A DNA stretch of 64,000 nt from Macrostomum lignano. Taxonomy: Eukaryota. Shown here in pieces: positions 12,801-24,925 of this stretch (its first letter is position 1; every line of letters starts with the position of its first letter). The notes under the pieces are model-generated. The model was given only the letters and a program-made list of their open reading frames with translations. It did not search any database and was not told the origin of the DNA. The position numbers and the translations under genes were made by a program. The DNA is taken from assembly GCA_002269645.1 (NCBI GenBank), contig NIVC01001325.1:124001-188000 (forward strand). The letters are read 5' to 3'.

Positions 12801-13112
12801 ATCAAAAGCAATAACATTTTTTGTGCTGAAAAAATGAAAACTTCCTATCTACGTAGTGCAGTATTTTTCGGTGTAAAGTGGCCTTCAAAACCTTTTTCCA
12901 TGAAACATGTGTCGCGTCGTGTATACGATGCTTTAGTTTTCCCTGTGGGAACTAAGAGAACTAAGATAACTAAGGTAACTAAGGTAATAGTTACTAAGGT
13001 AGGGGAACTAAGGTAAAAACACTGTATATAGAGTCAGGTAAAATCGAATGTCAAAACACTCACCCATGAGCCACAGCAAAGCAGCCGTTAAATGGTAGAG
13101 TAAAAGCAGCAT
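6836..13112 (-). CDS. Type I membrane C-type lectin + 4 sushi/CCP-like modules (selectin-like architecture), about 608 aa, 8 exons
   Basis: Exons 13112-13064 (signal MLLLLYHLTAALLWLM), 12206-11922 and 11714-11505 (CTLD: C..W...GKCYQ..A...C...GGSLA..IW..EWIW..FW..C..C..VCE), 11403-11137, 10770-10531, 9058-8774, 8513-8238 (sushi-like, Cys..C..GY/F..C..G.W..C), and 7050-6836 (TM VGAVVIMIVVVFCVLVVILDL plus basic tail). All introns are GT-AG and phase 1. Exon total 1827 nt, in frame. Confidence 0.85.
7235..8200. repeat. 41-bp minisatellite in the last intron of the lectin-sushi gene
   Basis: Unit TTTTCTAAGAAACAAAAGTCCTTCCTGTTCG(C/A)CTCT(A/G)ACTA, period 41, about 23 copies. Confidence 0.95.
9270..9790. 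repeat. 40-bp minisatellite (intronic)
   Basis: Unit TTAGCGGTTGTGAAGTTT(C/T)GCGTTTATGAAAGTAGGTGAT, period 40. Confidence 0.95.
10870..11075 (-). mobile_element. tRNA-derived CORE-type SINE
   Basis: Minus strand has a tRNA-like head with box B (GGTTCGATTC), then TGTCCTTGAGCAA and CTGTAAAATGGGTACC, typical of the CORE domain. Second copy at 47220-47415. Confidence 0.75.
12287..12901. mobile_element. Foldback MITE with ~200-bp inverted arms (intron 1 of the lectin-sushi gene)
   Basis: Left arm ATGGAAAATGTTTTGAAGGCCAC...AGAAAATTAGAATTCTATGT mirrors right arm ACATAGAATTCTAATTTTCT...GTGGCCTTCAAAACCTTTTTCCAT. Confidence 0.85.
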
Positions 13113-14769
13113 TGACAGTCGTTTCTTACACGAGTAAAAGAGGCCTGAAGAGAACAGAAGATGAGATTTTCAGCCTCCAGTAGATTAACTTGAGGCAGAA
13201 TTTTTATACACCAAAAAGCTGGCCGAGGGGAAGAACAAGAAGGGGTTTAGCAGGGCAAAGCTTCTTGTGCTTCTGGATTACCATGGCAACGGTTAGTCAC
13301 AAGAGAGAAGCACTCTCAGCTCCCTCTGCCCCGGCAGGGTGGGGACTCCAGTGTTTGCCTAGTTGCCGCTTCCGTTGCCGGCCAGTATAGGCTGGAAGAA
13401 TACGATGGGAAGCACCGCTGCTGCTTCGCCAACTTTTCCGCTAAACTGCGCTCGCCCGTATACGACTCAAAACCTGCGCAGTAGAGTAAGCATATACAAA
13501 GTAAGATGGAGCTGCTGGAAACTCAAACCACTGTTTTTCTAGCTGCAGTTTCCTACCAAATATTGGCACAAAAAGCAACTTTTCTACTTGGCAGTCTACC
13601 CCGCACGAGGCGGCGAAGGTGTTCTTGGCTTGAGTATTACATTACAGTTACAGCCCCTGGCTGCAGGCAAACAAAGTAGCATTTGCTTTAAACATTTTCC
13701 TTAGTAGGATACTTACAATAGCAACCGTACAAGGTCAAAAGCTACATGCAGTTTATTCCCTAATGGGGGGCGCAGATTGCTAGTCCACTATACTAAAAAT
13801 GGTTTGTCCGTAGCTACGATCGTATATCTATCTCGTATCTATCTATAGGTTCGTGCTGGATTTCAGAAAAAAAATGGCTCAATCCATTTTCTTGAGACTT
13901 GCACCGTTTGATCGGAAATTTTCCAGTGACAGTACTTGTCGGGAATAAAACAATTGGTCAATGCTAAAGGGATTAAATATTCGAAAAACAAGCTTTTTGC
14001 AAAGGTCAATCAGCATTTCCGAAAACGAATGCAAAGAATGACTGAATTCTGATTCTGACAAAGATTGCATCACAACAGGAATTTTATTTATTATCAGTTA
14101 TTTGGTGAAATTGTTGACTATAGGCATATATAGGCATATGCCGAATGTAAAATGAAAAATAATAAATTCTGTATGCATTTAGTGTCAATGCGCTAAAATG
14201 TCACACATTGTTTTGTTGCAGACTAAGCCAGATGATAAAAGCTGCTACCTCGGGTCAGGCACCACTGCGCTTAATTGTCTCTGCTTACTGTTGCAGCAAT
14301 TCATGAGACCGATCCGTGTACCCTCTCAATGACTGCATTGCTATTTTGGAACATGTGTACTCAGCAACATTGAAAAGTTGCCAATCTATGCGCCAGTGAG
14401 CAATTTCTCTGAGACTATTCTGAAACAAAAGATACGAGAAAACTGATCGGGGCAGCTTTAATCCGTCCAACAAAACCCTCGCACACCGCTCCCCCACTTC
14501 ATTCCTCAACCCAAGTCTGCCGCGGCGTACCTGATTTGCGTCACTCGCAAGATTGAGAGACTTTACCTGCACTCTCAAAAGTGGCGACAACAGACGGAAT
14601 CTTGTGTGACGGCGAATTTTCGATGTGGCTGAGTATATTCTTCTATTCTGAAAAAGGCATTCTAAACTATTTTGTTGCATTAGCTCATATTCCTATAAGA
14701 TGTATTGCATCCGTGTAGCAACCTACCAACCCCAGGGGAAATTCCGACGACTTTTCTTTTAATGCTCCA

Positions 14770-15130
14770 AAGGGGGGCCGTAGCCCAGCGGTAGCGCAGC
14801 TGCTCTGGTGTGCCAGCGACCCAGGCTCGATTCCAAGTGCAGCCACATTAATTTGGGGCTGAATTGGAATCTCGGCTTGGCTCTGCTCGTGCAATTAACG
14901 GCCTTGAGAGCCAACCCCCCAAGGCGCAGTGAAGTGTACATGCCTAACGATAATATAAAGTTAGGGCCGCTGTACACTCCTGTGTGAGTGTGTGCCTGCG
15001 TACGTATCCGCGCGCTTGTATGCCTGCTCAGGGGAGTCGGCGGAATGGGTAGTAATGCCTCTCGCCGGTTGTGTGCCTATGTGGCTTAAAGTGCGCCAGG
15101 GTGCACACAACCCCCTGCCTCAAAAAAAAA
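14770..15130 (+). mobile_element. Full-length tRNA-derived SINE with poly(A) tail and 12-bp target-site duplication
   Basis: Head GGGGCCGTAGCCCAGCGGTAG (box A) and GGCTCGATTCC (box B); A9 tail at 15122-15130; flanked by TTTAATGCTCCA at 14758-14769 and 15131-15142. Related fragments near 9860, 19025 and 31095-31260. Confidence 0.85.
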
Positions 15131-15384
15131 TTTAATGCTCCAGCGGGTTTGATACCTCTTCCTAGCTGCTGGCTGTAGCACAATTGAGGGAGCAAGTCAT
15201 GGAAATAAATGAATGCATTTCTATAGTGTGGGGAAAGGCTTGAGCGACGACGACTGAGGGATCGATTGACTCTGCGAAATGTATCCTTGGCTGTTATTTT
15301 TCAATTAGGATTTTGTTACGCCGAAGCGATAAGTTAACTATTTTCGAAGCTAAAACGCAAGCAAAATACGTAACGATGCAACAT

Positions 15385-18300
15385 ATCAAACATGAAAGAA
15401 GCGGCATGTCAAACATGAAAGAAGCGTCATGTCAAACATGAAAGAAGCGGCATGTCAAACATAAAAGAAACTTCATGTCAAACATAAAAGAAGCGTCATG
15501 TCAAACATGAAAGAAGCGGCATGTCAAACATGAAAGAAGCGGCATGTCAAACATAAAAGAAACTTCATGTCAAACATAAAAGAAACTTCATGTCAAACAT
15601 AAAAGAAGCGTCATGTCAAACATAAAAGAAGCGGCATGTCAAACATAAAAGAAACTTCATGTCAAACATGAAAGAAGCGGCATGTCAAACATAAAAGAAG
15701 CGTCATGTCAAACATGAAAGAAGCGGCATGTCAAACATAAAAGAAACTTCATGTCAAACATGAAAGAAGCGTCATGTCAAACATAAAAGAAACTTCATGT
15801 CAAACATAAAAGAAGCGCCATGTCAAACATAAAAGAAACTTCATGTCAAACATAAAAGAAGCGTCATGTCAAACATAAAAGAAACTTCATGTCAAACATA
15901 AAAGAAGCGTCATGTCAAACATAAAAGAAACTTCATGTCAAACATGAAAGAAGCCGCATGTCAAACATAAAAGAAACTTCATGTCAAACATAAAAGAAGC
16001 GTCATGTCAAACATGAAAGAAGCGGCATGTCAAACATAAAAGAAACTTCATGTCAAACATGAAAGAAGCGTCATGTCAAACATAAAAGAAACTTCATGTC
16101 AAACATAAAAGAAGCGCCATGTCAAACATAAAAGAAACTTCATGTCAAACATAAAAGAAGCGTCATGTCAAACATAAAAGAAACTTCATGTCAAACATAA
16201 AAGAAGCGTCATGTCAAACATAAAAGAAACTTCATGTCAAACATGAAAGAAGCGGCATGTCAAACATAAAAGAAACTTCATGTCAAACATAAAAGAAGCG
16301 TCATGTCAAACATGAAAGAAGCGGCATGTCAAACATAAAAGAAACTTCATGTCAAACATGAAAGAAGCGTCATGTCAAACATAAAAGAAACTTCATGTCA
16401 AACATAAAAGAAGCGTCATGTCAAACATAAAAGAAACTTCATGTCAAACATAAAAGAAGCGTCATGTCAAACATGAAAGAAGCGGCATGTCAAACATAAA
16501 AGAAACTTCATGTCAAACATGAAAGAAGCGTCATGTCAAACATAAAAGAAACTTCATGTCAAACATAAAAGAAGCGCCATGTCAAACATAAAAGAAACTT
16601 CATGTCAAACATAAAAGAAGCGTCATGTCAAACATAAAAGAAACTTCATGTCAAACATGAAAGAAGCGGCATGTCAAACATGAAAGAAGCGTCATGTCAA
16701 ACATGAAAGAAGCGGCATGTCAAACATAAAAGAAACTTCATGTCAAACATAAAAGAAGCGTCATGTCAAACATGAAAGAAGCGGCATGTCAAACATAAAA
16801 GAAACTTCATGTCAAACATGAAAGAAGCGTCATGTCAAACATAAAAGAAACTTCATGTCAAACATAAAAGAAGCGCCATGTCAAACATAAAAGAAACTTC
16901 ATGTCAAACATAAAAGAAGCGTCATGTCAAACATAAAAGAAACTTCATGTCAAACATAAAAGAAGCGTCATGTCAAACATAAAAGAAACTTCATGTCAAA
17001 CATGAAAGAAGCGTCATGTCAAACATGAAAGAAGCGGCATGTCAAACATAAAAGAAACTTCATGTCAAACATGAAAGAAGCGTCATGTCAAACATAAAAG
17101 AAGCGTCATGTCAAACATAAAAGAAGCGTCATGTCAAACATAAAAGAAACTTCATGTCAAACATAAAAGAAGCGTCATGTCAAACATGAAAGAAGCGGCA
17201 TGTCAAACATAAAAGAAACTTCATGTCAAACATGAAAGAAGCGTCATGTCAAACATAAAAGAAACTTCATGTCAAACATAAAAGAAGCGTCATGTCAAAC
17301 ATAAAAGAAACTTCATGTCAAACATAAAAGAAGCGTCATGTCAAACATGAAAGAAGCGGCATGTCAAACATAAAAGAAACTTCATGTCAAACATGAAAGA
17401 AGCGGCATGTCAAACATAAAAGAAACTTCATGTCAAACATAAAAGAAGCGTCATGTCAAACATAAAAGAAGCGCCATGTCAAACATAAAAGAAACTTCAT
17501 GTCAAACATAAAAGAAGCGTCATGTCAAACATAAAAGAAACTTCATGTCAAACATAAAAGAAGCGTCATGTCAAACATAAAAGAAACTTCATGTCAAACA
17601 TGAAAGAAGCGGCATGTCAAACATAAAAGAAACTTCATGTCAAACATAAAAGAAGCGTCATGTCAAACATGAAAGAAGCGGCATGTCAAACATAAAAGAA
17701 ACTTCATGTCAAACATGAAAGAAGCGTCATGTCAAACATAAAAGAAACTTCATGTCAAACATAAAAGAAGCGTCATGTCAAACATAAAAGAAACTTCATG
17801 TCAAACATAAAAGAAGCGTCATGTCAAACATGAAAGAAGCGGCATGTCAAACATAAAAGAAACTTCATGTCAAACATGAAAGAAGCGTCATGTCAAACAT
17901 AAAAGAAACTTCATGTCAAACATAAAAGAAGCGCCATGTCAAACATAAAAGAAACTTCATGTCAAACATAAAAGAAGCGTCATGTCAAACATAAAAGAAA
18001 CTTCATGTCAAACATAAAAGAAGCGGCATGTCAAACATGAAAGAAGCGTCATGTCAAACATGAAAGAAGCGGCATGTCAAACATAAAAGAAACTTCATGT
18101 CAAACATAAAAGAAGCGTCATGTCAAACATAAAAGAAACTTCATGTCGAACATAAAAGAAGCGTCATGTCAAACATAAAAGAAACTTCATGTCGAACATA
18201 AAAGAAGCGTCATGTCAAACATAAAAGAAACTTCATGTCAAACATAAAAGAAGCGTCATGTCAAACATAAAAGAAACTTCATGTCAAACATAAAAGAAGC

Positions 18301-18430
18301 GTCATGTCAAACATAAAAGAAACTTCATGTCAAACATAAAAGAAGCGTCATGTCAAACATAAAAGAAGCGTCATGTCAAACATAAAAGAAACTTCATGTC
18401 AAACATAAAAGAAGCGTCATGTCAAGCATA
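15385..18430. repeat. 23-bp minisatellite, about 3 kb, with alternating variants
   Basis: Unit CATGTCAAACAT(A/G)AAAGAA followed by GCGT, GCGG, ACTT or GCGC; period 23. Confidence 0.95.
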
Positions 18431-20156
18431 AAAGACTCCTTGGGGGATCGGCTCATGAGGGGGGGGGGCGGCTGCTGAGTTTTCGGGGCTCATGGAGAAA
18501 TACCCGAAATGCTGTGGCTCAAGGCTCATATGGAATTGCTGAGATGTCAAATATTCCGGTGTGAATTGCTGAAACGTCAGAGCTCACGGGGGATGGCTGA
18601 AATACTGTGGCTCTTGATCCAGTTGCTGAGATAGTAAGGCTAACGGGGGAATAGCTGAGATTTCGAGACTCATGAGGGGATTGCTGAAATGCTGCTGCTC
18701 ATCGGGGGGAGGGGGTAGCTGAGATACCAAGGGTCAGTTGGATTCTGTTGGTAGGCCAACCTCGCTCACAGAGGATGCTGACAACTTAGACTATTTAGCT
18801 GGCTTTCAGGGCTGATGCTCTTTGCTTTTAACACCATTTCCTCAGGATATACTAACAATAGAGACTAAATTTAGCTTTCGAACATTGCATGCTTGAATTG
18901 ACAACTTCTATGCTCAAAGTTGCAAGACAGAGAAAGTACATTCTTTTTGAGTCCTAGATTCAAATGAGCACCTTGCAGAGCCTGGTAGAAGTACCTAAAT
19001 GTTGAGCACACTGAGCCAAAGACCTTGGGCTCGATTCCATGCGCGGCCACATTAATTTAGGCCTCGTGTACGAAATTTGACACCTGGAGCTCGGAGAGTG
19101 TACATGAATGGACTATGAGAAATTTAGGACCCGTCTCCGTATCCGTTAGTATCCGTCTGTATGCTCAAAGGTCTGCTAGCAAGCCTGCATCGATCGACTT
19201 GACGAGATTATACCGGCGTTAAATTTCTACGTTGGATCTGAACTAGTCTGTACTGCAGGCTGGAGCGGTGAGAGCTGCTTGAGTGAGATGGACAGATTTA
19301 AGGGCTCTAAAAAGCCTTGCTATATTAAGCTCGTTGAAAGCCTCACTCACTACGAGCTAAACACTGCCTATGGTTGATTGACAAATACGCATACCAAACC
19401 ATGGATCTTTCAGTCGTGAGTCCAACGCTTTAACCACTAGGCTGCAAAAATGCTGTGACGGTGAACCGATTCAGCTCTTTTAAGTGCTGGATGGGTGCAA
19501 ATTTGACCATAAGCTTAAGATTATCAAAGCTTCGTATATCAGAATGCACAAACCCAACCTGAATGTGCAGCTTGCTGGCAATGGGGTGGAGCGTGAGCTA
19601 AGAGTACTGTGAGCAGAGCCGTGCCTATTTCTTTTTTTTCTCTCTCACTTTGTTGTGTACTTGGCACTTTCTAAATTCTACCGGACTGTTTTGACCCGCC
19701 TCTGGACTGTGCAGTGATTTTTGCTTAAATATATTGGTGGTGTGATCTTAGGTTGATTGAATTTGCCCTGACGACGTCTTGTGTTTGACGAAACGCGTTG
19801 GCTAGAATTAAACAAAGTTTACTTTTTATGTTTTTGTAGACGTTTATTTTCCCACTAGGCTGCAACTCTTTAATTATAAATATAACTACAATCAAGCAAC
19901 TAATAATTATTTGCATTGTTTGCGCTTTAAGACAGCACTGTCAGATTAGGCACAAAACTCTGTAGCGTGTATTTTCCTAACACAAAAATGCATTGAACTT
20001 ATCAGACATTTGCAAATAGTTCAGAACCATTGAAAGAAAAAAAGTACAAAAATAAAATTACAAAATACATAATACGACTTTAATAAATAGGGAATAATGC
20101 TTAATGCACTTGAAGTTGACAAGCACAAACTAGCCAAGTCACACAGTCAAGTCCTA

Positions 20157-21437
20157 TCAATCAGGCGCTACAGAGGGCATCAGGCCTCTGATGTACAAAT
20201 TTCCCGCGCTCTTCGACCGCTTTTTCTTGTTTTTCTTAGCCTTCTTCGGGCGCGCAGGCTCTGCATCTACATCGGGCATCTCCTCATGTTCTGCCGCCAC
20301 CTCTGAGAGAGAATCCAGTTGCTTCTGTTTCTTCTTCCGTTTCTTAGATGATTTATTTTGCTTGGAATCGTCATCGTCGGCTGCGGTCGTAGAAAAAGCG
20401 CGCAGTAACAGGTCAGCAGCTCGCCGATGCCTGCGATTAGTGATTAAAGGTGGCAGCACACTGTATGCGGCACTGATGGATCAGGTATATGATAGCACAG
20501 ACAGCCAGACGTACAGACAGACAGACAAACAGTCAGTCAGTCAGTCAGACAGACAGACAGACAGACAGACAGACAGCCACATAGACAGACAGACACTAAG
20601 ACACTAAGACAGTCAGACAGACAGACAGTCAGTCAGACAGACAGACAGACAGACCAACCTGTCATCCGAGCCCTCTAGATTTGGCTGCTCATTTCTGGCC
20701 GGCTGTCCCTCCTCCTCAGCTGGCCGACCCCGGCGCTTCTTTCTTCTTCGAGCTGGCACCGCCGGACCCGCCGACTCTTCCACCGGATTGTCGGCTTCAT
20801 CAGCCTCGGCCGGAGCCGTCACCAGCGCCGACGCTTCAGCCGCAGCTTCGTCAACGTCGGTATCGTCGATTCGCGACGGCAGCCGCTTGCCGAGCCGGCG
20901 GGCCGCCGCGCAGGCGGCTCCGTCAGAGGGCGGAAATTCCCTGAGGCGACGCCGCAGACTGGCGTAGACTTCGGCGGCAACGGCGGCGTTGGCCAAGGCC
21001 AGGACGCGACAGCGGGCCAGGACAGCCAGCAGCACAGTGTAGAGGCGAACCAGGTGGCCCATTGCCAGGTAGGGCAGCAGCAGCCGGGCGCAGCGGTCCG
21101 CAGCGGGCTGGACTTCCATCAGGCGACTGCGACGGTTGCGCAGCAGGAGGAGCGCCCGGACAGCGGCGGCGCGGTTCGGGCGTTGATTCGCGTCGATCAA
21201 CGAGCGGACAAAGTCGCGCAATCGACGCTGCTCGTCGTCATTTCCGTTGTCGATAATAGCGCGTCGAAATTTTCTGCGAACTTTGGCGAACGCGCGCCAG
21301 TGCAGAAAATGGCGCTGCACGTGGCAGTACTTGACGTGCAGCTGGTCCATGAGACGCAGCTCTTGGCCAGCCACTGGACAGTCCAGCGACTCCGCTAGGC
21401 GAAGAAGCGACTTTTTAAAGTCGACGGCCGACTGCAT
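20157..21437 (-). CDS. NEPRO: NEPRO/RMP64-like (DUF4477) nucleolar protein, about 360 aa, 2 exons
   Basis: Exons 21437-20659 (donor GTTGGT, phase 2) and 20460-20157 (acceptor CATACAG). Helical N-terminal part with HFLHWRAFAKVRRKF and AADRCARLLLPYLAMGHLVRLYTVLLAVLARCRVL resembles the DUF4477 pattern; C-terminus is acidic with K/R-rich NLS/NoLS-like runs. Family assignment is by recognition only. Confidence 0.55.
20505..20655. repeat. (GACA)n microsatellite in the NEPRO-like intron
   Basis: Visible in the sequence. Confidence 0.9.
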
Positions 21438-21469
21438 CAATGAAATTCATTTAGTTGAAAATTCGGTAT

Positions 21470-21785
21470 GTGTCTAAGGTCTAGGGGTCTGTGTCTCAGG
21501 TCTAAGAATGTGTGTCTCAGGTCTAGGGGTCTGTGTCTCAGGTCTAAGAATGTGTGTCTCAGGTCTAGGGGTCTGTGTCTCGGGTCTAGGGGTCTGTGTC
21601 TCAGGTCCAGGGGTCTGTCTCAGATCTAGGGTCTGTGTCTCAGATCTATTGTCTGTCTCAGATCTAGGGTCTGTCTCAGATCTAGGGTATGTGTCTCAGA
21701 TCTAGGGTATGTGTCTCAAGTCTAGGGTATGTGTCTCAGATCTAGGGTCTGTCTCAGATCTAGGGTCTGTCTCAGATCTAGGGTC
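21470..21785. repeat. 18-20-bp minisatellite (TGTGTCTCAG(G/A)TCTAGGG) immediately upstream of the NEPRO-like gene
   Basis: Visible in the sequence. Confidence 0.9.
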
Positions 21786-22467
21786 AACTGTCGGTAAAGT
21801 AAAAACAATTAAGATTGTTTTAAATAAAAAAATCAATAAAACAAAGCAAATGAGAATACAGTTATATTTTTCAATAAAAACAAGCGAGAAAGTCAAGAAA
21901 CGCTTAAAAGTAGTGAGTTACGTAAATTTACTGCAGTAAAATCCGCCACGACTAAACAATTCATTGTTGGCTTAAGAAAAATCCAAAACCAAGCAAATCA
22001 CCAGATTACAGGTACGTGATTTCTTACAACCTGGTAGAATAGTGAAGCCTAACTTAATTGGCTCTAACTTGTGCATCAAAATATGAATAATAAAAAGGGT
22101 AAAAGCGCTCCACCAAAAAATTTTCATAATAAATTCAAGCACCGAGAAAAATTAAAAATCCACTATGCTAAAAATGAAATCCGATAGTTCTAGCTCTCTT
22201 CCTCACCTGCCTCTTCCCCATCTGTCTCTTCCCTACCTGCCTCTTCCCCATCTGTCTCTTCCCTACCTGCCTCTTCCCCATCTGTCTCTTCCACACCCGT
22301 CTCTTCTTCCGATTCTTCCCCATGTGTCTCTCCTCCTCCACATCTCCCTTCCCTTGTCTCTTCCGCACCTCTCCTTCTCACCTGTCTGTTCCCCCTCCTC
22401 TTCCCCACCTACCCTCTTCCAGACTCCTCCAGAGGGGAGCCGAGGACCTTTCAATCCAGCAGCCATT

Positions 22468-23010
22468 TTAATCCATCAAGTCAACATCAAAGTCTACAGT
22501 AATTTGAGTTCTTTTAGACTCAAATTGACACATAGAGACGCCGGCCTTCGCCAGCATGCGCTTAGCTGCTTTGGTGGCCGGCTTTGTCCGATGCTTATCG
22601 GACAGATAAACCACCTCCTTGATGCCTGACTGGATTATCAACTTGGCGCACTCGTTGCACGGAAACAAGGCCACGTAGATTGTGCAACCTGCAACTGTGG
22701 CTGAGTTCTTATTCACAATAGCGTTCATTTCGGCGTGGCACACGTACAAATGCTTGGAATCCATGGAGGTCGGATCTTTAGATTTGCCCCAGGGCAGCAG
22801 ATCGTCGTGGCAACCGGTTGGCATGCCGTTGTAGCCAACTGCCACAATGCGCCTGTGCTGGTCCACAATGCAGCAGCCAACCTGGGTGACAGGGTCCTTG
22901 CTGCGCTGACCTGACAGGCAGGCCACGGCCATGAAGTAGTCTTCCCAGCTCAGGTAGTCACGCCTGGGCCCGGCTGTGTCCCCATTGGCACTGCTCTGGC
23001 TGTCCGGATC
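22468..23010 (-). CDS. DCTD: Deoxycytidylate (dCMP) deaminase
   Basis: [50 protein letters not shown] (HxE) and [26 protein letters not shown] (PCxxC). The frame is open upstream of ATG 22932 to acceptor TTCCAG|23010 (phase 0, [15 protein letters not shown]). Confidence 0.95.
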   Translation of the reverse strand, partial: DPDSQSSANGDTAGPRRDYLSWEDYFMAVACLSGQRSKDPVTQVGCCIVDQHRRIVAVGYNGMPTGCHDDLLPWGKSKDPTSMDSKHLYVCHAEMNAIVNKNSATVAGCTIYVALFPCNECAKLIIQSGIKEVVYLSDKHRTKPATKAAKRMLAKAGVSMCQFESKRTQITVDFDVDLMD

Positions 23011-23024
23011 CTGGAATTGGAGAA

Positions 23025-24925
23025 TGCCGTGCGAGCGCGGCAGTTCACTGAATTATGCTGTGTGAGTGCGGCAGTTCACTGAATGATGCTGTGTGAGTGT
23101 GGCAATTCACTGAATGATGCTGTGTGAGCGCGGCAGTTCACTGAATGATGCTGTGTGAGTGCGGCAGTTCACTGAATGATGCTGTGTGAGAGTGCGGCAG
23201 CTCACTGAATGATGCTGTGTGAGAGTGCGGCAGTTCACTTAATGATGCTGTGTGAGAATGCGGCAATTCACTGAATGATGCTGTGTGAGTGCGGCAGTTC
23301 ACTGAATGATGCTGTGTGAGCGTGCAGAAGTTCACTGAATGATGCTGTGTGAGTGCGGCAGTTCACTGAATGATGCTGTGTGAGAGTGCGGCAGTTCACT
23401 GAATGATGCTGTGTGAGCGTGCAGAAGTTCACTGATGATGCTGTGTGAGTGCGGCAGTTCACTGAATGATGCTGTGTGAGGCTGCAGCAATTCACTGAAT
23501 GATGCTGTGTGAGTGCGGCAGTTCACTGAATGATGCTGTGTGAGCGTGCAGAAGTTCACTGAATGATGCTGTGTGAGTGCGGCAGTTCACTGAATGATGC
23601 TGTGTGAGAGTGCGGCAGTTCACTGAATGATGCTGTGTGAGCGTGCAGAAGTTCACTGATGATGCTGTGTGAGTGCGGCAGTTCACTGAATGATGCTGTG
23701 TGAGTGCGGCAGTTCACTGAATGATGCTGTGTGAGGCTGCAGCAATTCACTGAATGATGCTGTGTGAGTGCGGCAGTTCACTGAATGATGCTGTGTGAGT
23801 GCGGCAGTTCACTGAATGATGCTGTGTGAGAGTGCGGCAGCTCACTGAATGATGCTGTGTGAGAGTGCGGCAGTTCACTGAATGATGCTGTGTGAGAGTG
23901 CGGCAGCTCACTGAATGATGCTGTGTGAGAGTGCGGCAGTTCACTGAATGATGCTGTGTGAGAGTGCGGCAGTTCACTGAATGATGCTGTGTGAGAGTGC
24001 GGCAGTTCACTGAATGATGCAGTGTGAGAGTGTGGCAGTTCACTGAATGATGCTGTGTGAGTGCGGCAGTTCACTGAATGATGCAGTGTGAGAGTGTGGC
24101 AGTTCACTGAATGATGCTGTGTGAGTGTGCAGCAGTTCACTGAATGATGCTGTGTGAGAGCGCGGCAGTTCACTGAATGATGCTGTGTGAGTGCGGCAGT
24201 TCACTGAATGATGCTGTGTGAGAGTGCGGCAGTTCACTGAATGATGCTGTGTGAGAGTGCGGCAGCTCACTGAATGATGCTGTGTGAGAGTGCGGCAGCT
24301 CACTGAATGATGCTGTGTGAGAGTGCGGCAGTTCACTGAATGATGCTGTGTGAGGCTGCAGCAATTCACTGAATGATGCTGTGTGAGTGCGGCAGTTCAC
24401 TGAATGATGCTGTGTGAGTGCGGCAGTTCACTGAATGATGCTGTGTGAGAGTGCGGCAGCTCACTGAATGATGCAGTGTGAGAGTGCGGCAGTTCACTGA
24501 ATGATGCTGTGTGAGTGCGGCAGTTCACTGAATGATGCTGTGTGAGTGTGCAGCAGTTCACTGAATGATGCTGTGTGAGAATGCGGCAATTCACTGAATG
24601 ATGCTGTGTGAGTGCGGCAGTTCACTGAATGATGCTGTGTGAGAGTGTGGCAATTCACTGAATGATGCAGTGTGAGAGTGTGGCAGTTCACTGAATGATG
24701 CAGTGTGAGAGTGTGGCAGTTCACTGAATGATGCTGTGTGAGTGCGGCAGTTCACTGAATGATGCTGTGTGAGAGTGCGGCAGCTCACTGAATGATGCTG
24801 TGTGAGAGTGCGGCAGTTCACTGAATGATGCTGTGTGAGAGTGCGGCAGCTCACTGAATGATGCTGTGTGAGAGTGCAGAAGTTCACTGAATGATGCTGT
24901 GTGAGAGTGCGGCAGTTCACTGAAT
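23025..24925. repeat. 31/33-bp minisatellite directly upstream of the DCTD acceptor
   Basis: Unit GCAGTTCACTGAATGATGCTGTGTGA(GA)GTGCG. Confidence 0.95.

Noticed and set aside
14285-14680. 131-aa minus-strand ORF
   Set aside because: No domain signal and no supporting exon partners.
15385-18430. Regular arrays superficially like CRISPR
   Set aside because: No unique spacers, no cas genes, and a eukaryotic context; these are head-to-tail minisatellites.
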